From assembly GCF_963676685.1 (NCBI RefSeq), contig NC_092347.1, positions 98,890,001 through 98,954,000 of the forward strand: a stretch of DNA of 64,000 nucleotides, written 5' to 3'. Position numbers and translations under genes: made by a program. Source of the DNA: Mytilus edulis (Eukaryota). Every line of letters starts with the position of its first letter. Positions within the stretch are counted from its first letter, which is position 1. Shown piece after piece: positions 54,326-64,000 of the stretch. The notes under the pieces are model-generated. The model was given only the letters and a program-made list of their open reading frames with translations, did no database searches and was not told the DNA's origin.

Positions 54326-54804
54326 AAATGGTATTGCTTTGAAGGACAATGTAATACCAAATATATTACAATTCTCTGTTACACACATTAATTTCCATTT
54401 GTTGGAATTCAAACAGGATAGTTTTGCTTGGTAAAAAAAAAACCTTTTTCAAACTACAAAATTACGACTGTTAACATATCCACATATATTACCCTGCTAT
54501 CCTTTGATTTTGTGGAGGTTTTTTCGTTGCTGGTAATATTCGTTTATAATCATTGTGTAATTTTCTGGTGGATTGTTTCATCTTACAAAATCACGTGGCT
54601 GTTCACAATATACTGTCTGGGTCTTATCCATTATCAATTAGGGAAAAACGGTAACCTGTAATGCGAAAAACAAATATGTTACTTTTTTAAAATAATTTTC
54701 TAATTGTCAAAGATTGTACAATCTTTAATTCAATTTAAATATATCATGAAACTGTATTATTTGCGCAGTTGCTTTTTATAAAATAAAAATTTAAATAATA
54801 TTTA

Positions 54805-55250
54805 AAATAAACTGACAACTCCATGGCTAAAAATGAAAAGGACAAACAGACAAACAATAGTACACATGACACAACATAGAAAACTAAAGAATAAACAACA
54901 CGAACACCACAAAACATAGGGGTGATTTCAGGTGCTCTGGAAGGGTAAGCAGATCCTGCTCCACATGTGGCACCCGTCGTGTTGCTTATGAGATATCAAA
55001 TCTGGTAAATAGTCTAATAAGGTAGGTCACATTTATGAAAGGGAAGGGGATTGTAGTTACGACGTAAGGAACATATCTGATATCATTTGTGAAACGGTTA
55101 TTCCATAGCGGTCAACCAACTCGTGATGGCGTCCGTAAAATTTACGAAGAGATGATTTCAACTTCACCATTTTGAACACTTGATTTAATAGCTTCCTTGT
55201 TAGCAACAACCCTCTATCAAGAAAAACATGATAGGAAATGCAAGCACGGG
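54805..55250 (-). mobile_element. 3' fragment of a Penelope-like retroelement (end of the RT ORF plus 3' UTR)
   Basis: Minus frame 55248-55057 reads RACISYHVFLDRGLLLTRKLLNQVFKMVKLKSSLRKFYGRHHELVDRYG..*, resembling the C-terminal region of mollusc PLE RTs (recognised from memory, not searched). Confidence 0.65.
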
Positions 55251-56011
55251 AAGTAAGAGTTGCAGTATAAAGAGAACGATTCTAAGTGATATCGAAATTA
55301 AAACATTTTTTTTTTTAGTAAACACGGAATATTTCAAGATTTTGTATAATTCTTTTTTGAATATATAGCAATTTCCTTAGTACTTTGCGATGACTGAAAT
55401 TCAAGTGAGCGTTTGGACTTTTTTTTATCTTTCTAGCTATAATTAAAACAACAAAATCTTTTACCATTTATTGGACTTAAAATGTAGTTGTATATATAAC
55501 AAGATTAAAGGGTTTTTCAAAATTACCAAAATTGACAGTTATCCCATTAAATATGAAGAAACATATATATCTTAAAAGTGCTGTAATATCCTAGAACTGA
55601 AAAAAGTTTTGAAGTTTTTCCCTTGCAGTAAATTCAATCATTTGACTTGATCAAACTAAAATGACCGTTTCAGACTGAATTCTTGCTTCTAGTGTAATCT
55701 AGTGGCGCGTATCTTTAATCTTCTGTTCAAATTCTATAAATTCACAACATGAGATACAAGATTGTATGTTTTACGTAGAAAATTAGTATATTCAAGTACA
55801 CAAAGTCTTTAAAAGGATTGAAGTTGTGACCATAAAATAGTATTTACGATTATTTTTACTCGTATAATTTTTTTAAAGAGCTACTGATCACCACATGCAC
55901 GATCAAATTTTGAAAAATGACAAAACTTAACTTCAGAATGGTATATAAAAAAAACTGAAACAAGCTCCAATTAAATAATCCATAACTTATATATTTCTTG
56001 ACTATTACAGA

Positions 56012-57076
56012 ATGCAATTCTCAGTTGGTATTCTCTTGGCTATCTTTGGCGCAGTCAGCGCATCCTATAAAGGAGGATATGGCGGATACGGAGGTGGATA
56101 CGGAGGATACGGTGGCGGATTAGGAGGGGGATTAGGTGGAGGATTAGGAGGAGGATTAGGAGGAGGATTGTGGGGTATTGGAGTTGGTGGATACGGCAAA
56201 GGAGGATATGGTGGATACGGCGGATATGGAATCGGAGGTGGATACGGAGGATACGGAATCGGAGGTGGATACGGAGGATACGGAATAGGTGGTGGATACG
56301 GAGGATATGGAATCGGAGGTGGATACGGAGGATATGGAATCGGAGGTGGATATGGTGGATATGGAATCGGAGGTGGATATGGTGGAATCGGTGGTGGATA
56401 TGGAAAAGCCGTTGTTGTTAAAGTACCAGTATCTGTAGGATATGGCGGTTATGGTGGTATCGGAGGTGGATTCGGTGGTGTCGGTGGTGGATTCGGTGGA
56501 ATCGGAGGTGGATTAGGTGGTATCGGAGGTGGAATTGGTGGTGGATATGGTGGTTTGAACAGCTATTCATATGGAAAGGGAAAAGGTAAGATAATTTCTA
56601 CTTTAAATGATTGTTTTATCATTATTTTTCTGACTGGAATTTATTGATCAACGAATTGTTTACATTCCTTAATTTGTTTGAATACATGTTAAATATCATT
56701 CGCTAACGTCTGCCTAGATTGTTTTACATGGCAAAATTGATGACATGCCTTATCCAGGGGAAATACTTGATTAAATTGTTGTCAGTGTCATACATACATT
56801 CGTGTAATTACAGCAAAAAGATTGTGCAAGTTTTTTTTTAAAGAATTCCACATGATATATTTCTTTTAAAAAGGAAAACGTTATATCTAAAATACTCTGA
56901 TTCATAACACCTAATTTCAAACATTGTTTCTCGAAAAAAAACTAATATTTTCTCTTCTAATTTTATATTGTTTTAGATTAATTTAACTGAATAATGAATT
57001 TGAATAAATACGAAAACTACAAATTATTAGCCAATGGTATGCTATAACATTTATATTTTGTTTTGCAGGGTATTAA
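56012..57076 (+). CDS. Secreted glycine/tyrosine-rich structural protein, paralog 5, 193 aa; coding exons 56012-56585 and 57069-57076
   Basis: Acceptor tattacag|A-ATG; signal peptide MQFSVGILLAIFGAVSA; donor AAAG|gtaag at 56586; last exon ttttgcag|GG TAT TAA (synonymous Gly); AATAAA at 57132-57137. Confidence 0.9.
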
Positions 57077-57692
57077 ACGCAGATTACCAACCTAAACGGA
57101 TAAACAATGATAAACTTTTTTACATTTTTGGAATAAAATGTAATTGCTGTAGGGATTTTGTGTTGACTTTTTCTATCATAGATTTAATGTCACTGCACCA
57201 ACTGAACATGTTGAAGTCATGAACCAGTAATAAACACTGAACTTCTTAATCCTGTATATAGTTTAATACATAAACAGGATTATCCTAATTAACAGCTCAT
57301 CTTCACAAACAGCTCAATTCTGTTAAAATACATAATATAACACTTTGGAGTGTCTATGAGACAACTCTCCTTCCTAGTCAATAAAATGTAAAAAAAAAAT
57401 AACAGTTATTATTCAAAGTAAAAACACAGAGCCTTGGCTCACACCGAACAGCAAGATATCAAGGGCACACAAATTACTATTTAAAAACACTTTAAACAGG
57501 AAAACCAACGGTCTTCTCTATATAAAAACAAGATAAGAGAAACACCTATAAACAACACCTTCAAACGACAACTGTTGAACAACAGGCTCAGACAGGTTCA
57601 GATATATCCGGATGTTTCTTTTGTGGAAGATAAAATAAACTGTCGCTGCTACATGCTTTTATTCACATAAAAGGTTCCAATTGGCATGGTAG

Positions 57693-60600
57693 TTAACCAA
57701 TTATGCTCGATCCCCCAGATCCACCAATACTACAATGTAAGTGTATAAATTACAAATCCAGAAAAAATAGGTGTCGAGAAGTAATTGCAAGTCTCAAGTA
57801 CGCTTTTGTAAATACAGATTTTTATATGAAAAAACAACAGATTTTGTCTACCAAAAAAATGTCAACTACAGATAATTTTTATTTATAAATTTAGTGCATT
57901 CACATGTACTTAGACGTTTTAATGTATCTGAACCGAAGAAAAGGTGGTGGATGATAACTACGCAAAATTCAAAACTAATGAAATAGGAATAGAATCCCAC
58001 CAAAACCTAGGAGTGAATATGTGTAATCTGGGAGTGTATATGTGTTCTCCGGGAGTGAATCAGTGTGATCCAGGAGTGTTTAAGTGTGATCCGAGAGTGT
58101 TTGTGTGTGTAATCCGGGAGTGTGTGTGTGTAATCCGGGAGTGTGTGTGTGTGATCCGGAAGTGTGTGTGTGTAATCCGGGAGTGTATGTGTGATCCGGG
58201 AGTGAATATGTGTGATCCGGGAGTGAATATGTGTGATCCGGGAATGAACTTGTGTTCTCCTGGAGTGAATAGAAAAAACAAAAAAATACTTAACTCCGAG
58301 GAAAATTCAAAACTCAAAATCAAAAGCTCAAATACATCAAACTAATGAATAGCAACCGTCATATTCCTGAATTGGTACAGGCATTTTCTTACGTAGAAAA
58401 TTGCGGATTGAACCTGATTTTATAGCTAGATAAACCTCTCACTTTTATGACAGACACATCAAATTTCATTATATTTTCAACGATGCGTGAGCAAAAGAAA
58501 CCAGACATAATAGGTAAAAATGTCAAATATACAGCAGTCAACATTATTTAATAATCTTTTAAATCATAAAAAAACAAAACAAAATTTTAATATGCATCAA
58601 AGAAGCACAAAATGGCATGAATTTCACATAGTACAGTAACACAACGACGGGATGTATAACTACAGAGCCATGCCATACATGTAACAAAAGGCAAATAGAC
58701 AAAGCACAAAGCAAAAAATAAAAGACGAGTAGCAAACAAGTTTTACAATAGCTCAATAACTGGATTTATAAGCACAGAGTCACGCCACATGAATACGAGA
58801 ATAGCACTAACAAAAATGACCAGACGTACAAGTACCACAAGCATCTTAATCACAACAAAAACAAACAAATATGTAACAACTATGTGTGATACGGGAGTTA
58901 ATTTGTGTGTTCCGGGAGTGAATATGTGTGATCCAGAGGTTAATTTGTGTTCTTTTAATGTGATTTAGTGTGATCATGGAGAGAATTTGTGTGATCCGAG
59001 AGTGATTGAGTGTGATCCGGGAGTGAATATGTGTGTGATCCGGGTGTGTATGTGTGATCAGAAAAAGAATATGTGTGATCCTGGAGTGTATGTGTGATCC
59101 AGGAGTGAATTTGTTATCCAGGAGTGAATATATGTGATCGGGGAGTTAATATGTGTGATTTTGGGAGTGCATGTGTAATCTGGTCGTGAATATGTGTGAT
59201 CCGGGAGTCAATGTGTGTGATCTGGGAGTGAATATATGTGATCCGGGAGTGAATATGTGTGTGATCTGGGATTGTATGTGTGCATGACCTGGGAGTGAAT
59301 ATGTGTGATCCGGGAGTCAATGTGTGTGATCTGGAAGTGAATATGTGTAATCAGGGAGTGAATATGTGTGATCCGGGAGTGTATATGTGATCTGGGAGTG
59401 ATTTTGTGTTCTCCTGGAGTGAATATGTGTGATCCGGGAGTGAATTTTTGATCTGGGAGTGAATTTGGTTCTCCTGGAGTGAATTTGTATGATCTGGATA
59501 GACAGAACAATATGTATGTTTTTGTTACAATTAGGAAAAGAAGAATTGTTTCCCTATCTTATTTTCCTATATGCTAGGGTTTCGTTTTCATAAACTATAT
59601 GTTTTAATAAGTATATAACTATTGCTGACCTCTTTTCGCATACAAAGTAAAAATGCAAGTCACACGAATGATCATTCCAGTGAAGTTTACCATCATCGTA
59701 TATACGAGTATCGAGACAGTTTTCTCCTTTGTGTCCATTTGGTTCATGTGGCCCCCAATCAGTTATATCAAATTCATGGTTACTAGTGCTCCAGATAAAC
59801 GTTCCTTCTGTATTGATATCATTTGCACCAAGCCAAAAATTATCTGAAAATGTTTTTCTTGTTCGTATTATCATATTTGGCCATACAAGATTTTTTTCAA
59901 GAGAAAATTGAATGTGCTATTTTTAAAGTTGAAAATTACGCTTATGAAACAGTTCTATCAAGATTGAAATATTTCACTTATATAAAATATGAAAACAACG
60001 CTTTATGCACTGCATAAGTCTGCAGCGCTTTTATTGATATACCTCCATCGAGAACACTCGAAGCCGAGTATTTTTTTTGAAAGTTAAATTGATAACAACC
60101 TAAATTTTGCCAATCTCTGTAAAGCTGAATCTCTGTATGTGCCTTTCTCAAGTCAGGAGCCTGTAATTCAGTGGTTGTTGTTTGTTTATGTATTACATAT
60201 TTGTTTTTTTCGTTCATTTTTTTGTACATAAATTAGGCCGTTATTTGTGTCGTTTGAATTGTTTTACATTGTCATTTCGGATTCTGTTATAGCTAACTAT
60301 GCGGTATGGGCTTTGTTGAAGGCCGTACGGTGACCTATAGTTGGTAATTTCTGTGTCATTTGGTCTTGTGGAGAGTTGTCTCAGTGGCAATCATATCACA
60401 ACTTCTTTTTTTTTATATTTTCCTTAACGAGGCTCGTTTGATATACTTCTTTTTTTATGATATGCTATATTATAGCACCGTTTTCTGTATCATTTCAAAA
60501 TATTTGTTTATACTACAATTACACAGATATATATATCCTCGCTGGGCTTCCTAAATGACGTATATGACTTTTTTTGGCTAAAACTACTTTTTAATACAAA

Positions 60601-63476
60601 TCGTCTTGGCCGGAGGAAATCTTTGATATTCCAAAATAGCATACAGTTAGACCAATCGAAACATTTGAAATAAGACATGTTACAAAATTGCCAATCTCAG
60701 CTGTTTATAAAGTTTGTGTCCAAAATGTTGTATGTAAACTTGAAATGTGTGGTATAATGGCTTTGATAATCAGGTACTTGTTAATTTCTTCATTTCCGTG
60801 AAAATAAAAAAGTTTTTGGGTAATCCAGGGATCATTTCTAAGTTTTTATGTCACTGCCATTTACAAAAATATTCAAGTTTACATACGACATTTTGGAAAC
60901 ATGCATTTCGACAAAATTTTCGAAGCCTGTTTGTGAGATTTTGTTTGTTTGAAAATTTCATATTAACAACATTTTTGAAGCCCAGCAACGTTATACAGGC
61001 ATAGGGTCAATACAACCTCTGAAGATCAAACACTTGAGAATATCATAAAGAACGGGTGATATTTGCTAAGTTTACTGCACGATATAGAATGTCACGTACG
61101 GATCAACTTTTTCGTGATGTTCATACTTTGTCAGTAGTAATACTATTGTTTATTTGACTATTTATACGTCTATCGATACATTGTTGTACTTACGTGTGTT
61201 ACTTGATGGCATCGTTAGAAGAAGATCCAGCAAAAACTTATTCTCATCAATGATTTCTAGTTCAGCAAGGTAGCCGTGGTGTGTGTGTTGACAAAAACTC
61301 TTGCAAAAATAAATAGAAATAGAAAAAAATAAAAACTTATTGAAATTCTATTAAACATACTTTTTTCAGCATTTTGTTCTACATTTTACACAAATATGCC
61401 CGGCTATACTAAATGTACGTGTAAGGAAGAATTCCATGTAATGTGTTTTTAAAGAACTTCAGCCTTTTTGGTAATCAATAGAACAAGTTTGTTTTACAGA
61501 ATTAAATAAATAAGTATGTGGAGTAGTAAAACTGTTTTGGAACTCAATGATATTTATTGTCATTTAGTTTTTCTTATAATAGTCATTTTCTTTTTAACAA
61601 AAGCAAGGAAAATATCAAGGCTAACAAAAACCGGGAAAATAGCAAAGCTAACAAAAACAGGGAAAAGCAAGGCTAACAAAAACAGGGAATATAGAAAGGC
61701 TAACAAAAACAGGGAAAATAGCAAGGCTAATAACAGCAAGAAGAATAGGAATATCAATATTTAACGTATTTTATATAAAACTTGACCGTCAGGAGCCTGT
61801 AATTCAGTGGTTGTCGTTTTTTTTTATGTGCTACATACATTGTATTTGTTTTTCGTTCAATTTTTGTACCGGAATTAGGCCGTTAGTTTTCTCATTTGAA
61901 TTGTTTTACATTGTCATTTCGGGGCCTTTTACAGCTGACTATGCGGTATGAACTTTTCTCATTGTTGAAGGCCGAACGGTGACCTATAGTTGTTAATTTC
62001 TGTGTCATTTTGATCTTTTGTGGAGAGTTGTCTCATTTGCAATGATACCACATCTTCTTTTTTACTTTAATATTTATTTCAGTGCATATAAACGCATGCC
62101 TGAATTCATCAACTCAACGTTAAATGAATAATATAAGATTTCACGATTTGAAACAATTATAAATATTATAATTAAAATTGAGGTTATCGAGTAATCTATT
62201 ATTACGTTGCATATATTTTTAGATTTGAACAAATGATTTGCGTATGTACCTGTGCATCTGACCAAGTTTTGTTTGTGGATACAACTAAGTAACACGACGT
62301 GCCATATGGTTTCCATCCATGCTGGCATTGTGGCTCACCTATCAAAAATACAAAAAGTCATGACAACAAAACATAACATTTTTTTTTTAAAACGTCAAAC
62401 GTCACAGTTCTTTTGTCCTACATTCTAATAAAACGAGATTCGTTGCATTTTTAAGCAACTCCTTATGGTGTACTGGAAAAATCTAAATAAATTTAATTGG
62501 ATATAAGCGAGTACTGGTTCCCGGAGCTTCGTAATAAGCAATGCCTGTATTCCAGATATAAGAACCAGACAAAATGAACGCTGTTGATCTGTTTTGCTTA
62601 TTCTTTAGTTTTCTGTGTTGTGTGTTGTGTACTAGTGTGTCTGTTTGTCTTTTTTCTTTTTTGACATGACATTTGTCAGTTTATTTCCGATTTATGAGTT
62701 TGGATTTTCCTCTGGTATCTTTCGCCCTTCTTTTAGATTGTATACAATTTTGATACCATTCTCAAATTAGAGGTGTTACTAACACTCGAGCTAACACTAA
62801 CATTGGTTACGAGTGTGTGAAGATAAATAACTGATTTATATATCGCATGTTATAAAATCATTGTTTGGATGAATACTCGTAAAAAATAGTGTTTTAGAAC
62901 ATGTATAAATTAATAATATGGAAGTACAGAAAAAGTGTGTTAACGCATGCGGAAGAATATCTCAAGAACGTTTTGCGGCAGACGAGTGTCCACAATACAC
63001 AGCACTATTATTAGTCTTAGAATAGTAGAATAGAATGATATAAAAATGAATGAAAATTATATAAAATATTAATAATAATAATTTATTTTATTAAAGTGTC
63101 ACATACTTGCCTAACAAGTGATATTTAGATTTTATAATATGCATTGCACAATTATAAAAATAAGACTAATACCCAGCCTAGATAGGCTTATGAGACACTA
63201 TATATACAATATTGTATTTTACCTATATTGTTTAAATTCAAGGCCCAGTGGAACTATTGTGCTCAGTTTATAAGTTATGTTGTATCGTTAAATCGTATGT
63301 TACATATGGTAACATTTTGTAATTCACCGTGGGAAAGTACACTGAATTTTAAGACATACATTTGAAATATCTATGTCAGTTGTAGGGGATTAACTAGTAT
63401 TTTCATCATAACTTATAATATATATACCTTGAATGATGATAAATGCAAAAACGAGAAGAACACATGGGTTTTTCAT
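57693..63476 (-). CDS. Secreted C-type lectin domain protein (perlucin-like), 164 aa; coding exons 63476-63428, 62338-62250, 61299-61194, 59843-59630, 57729-57693
   Basis: Manual splicing uses GT-AG introns with consistent phases (1,0,1,2): MKNPCVLLVFAFIIIQG-EPQCQHGWKPYGTSCYLVVSTNKTWSDAQ-SFCQHTHHGYLAELEIIDENKFLL...-HNFWLGANDINTEGTFIW...WGPHEPNGHKGENCL...WNDHSCDLHFYFVCEK-SIGGSGGSSIIG*. Six CTLD cysteines, EPN and WND motifs; AATAAA at 57663-57658. Confidence 0.9.
58010..59495. repeat. ~19-23 bp minisatellite (GTGTGATCCGGGAGTGAATAT) split by a ~610 bp insertion at ~58270-58880
   Basis: Dozens of visible units in the last intron of the lectin gene; this explains the low-complexity ORFs there. 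Confidence 0.9.
61600..61745. repeat. Short minisatellite (~25-28 bp, GGCTAACAAAAACAGGGAAAATAGCAA)
   Basis: About five units in a lectin intron. Confidence 0.8.
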
Positions 63477-64000
63477 TGGCCTTGTCTTAAAAATGTAAAC
63501 GACTGACCGTAATATAGTATTCCTTATCATAAACTATAATCTGGTGACCCTAATGGAAGACAATCTAGATATTGCATTCAAGATTAAACTTATATTAGTC
63601 ATTATCAGTGTTTGAAAGTAAAGTATTGGTCTCTCATACGAACAAACAGAGGTATTTGTCAACGAAACAGCAACCCAACGACAAACAATTTGAAAAGGCC
63701 TGCTTTAACAATATACTTTGCGTATTATCAGGAGGAATTTCACTTTAAACATGAATACATAATAATAAAATCAGGCATTATTGTATGTTATCTGATTGTA
63801 TAAATCAGAGGGAGCCTAGAAATATAATGCTCTTCCGAAAATGCCCAGTTAACGTCAACCGGACTCTTTAACCTGGATTCCTGATGTCGTTCAGGTGAAG
63901 TAGGGTCACCTTAACTCTGCTTTTTGTCTAACATATGCGAACTTGATGATAGGATACATGGTGTTTAACGCCACTTTCAGCACTAATGGATATATCATGG

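Larger units (their letters stand above)
30255..57200 (+). other. Tandem segmental duplication: block A ~30255-40500 (paralog 4) and block B ~47005-57200 (paralog 5)
   Basis: Collinear non-coding homology, e.g. GGATACAGGTATGATAGGA at 30291/47041, CTAGATCATCAT at ~31075/47790, AAGAGTTGCAGTATAAAGAGAA at ~38434/55255, plus intron 2 and 3' UTR similarity. Confidence 0.85.

Noticed and set aside
57944-59510. Cys-rich and His-rich repetitive ORFs (57944-58345, 58060-58323, 59114-59320, 59208-59510)
   Set aside because: Translations of the intronic 21-bp minisatellite.
59554-59629. Lectin C-terminus read-through (RSAIVIYLLK...)
   Set aside because: A donor at 59629 and a phase-matched terminal exon with a poly(A) signal at 57729-57693 fit better.

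Overview
AT-rich, repeat-dense eukaryotic genomic DNA; gene content and repeat families point to a bivalve mollusc, probably a Mytilus-like mussel (inferred, not tested). The window holds a cluster of five paralogous genes for small secreted Gly/Tyr/Leu-rich proteins of 160-233 aa (shematrin-like or periostracum/byssus-type structural proteins). All five share a three-exon design: TATA box and a ~31-nt non-coding exon 1, one large coding exon, and a last exon that adds only 'Gly-Tyr-stop', giving a constant GKGKGY C-terminus that the ORF track misses. Genes 2 and 3 form an inverted head-to-head pair; genes 4 and 5 form a ~16-17 kb tandem segmental duplication. A complete five-coding-exon perlucin-like C-type lectin gene (EPN/WND motifs, 164 aa) lies tail-to-tail with gene 5. 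Intergenic and intronic DNA carries several ~345-355 bp retrozyme-like repeats with minimal type I hammerhead ribozymes (one intact), a second hammerhead family, Penelope-like RT remnants, a hammerhead fragment capped by (TTAGGG)7, a tandem array of tRNA-like heads, a non-autonomous Helitron, several MITEs, a decayed THAP/SWIM DNA transposon and minisatellites. All coordinates were read by eye; no searches were run.
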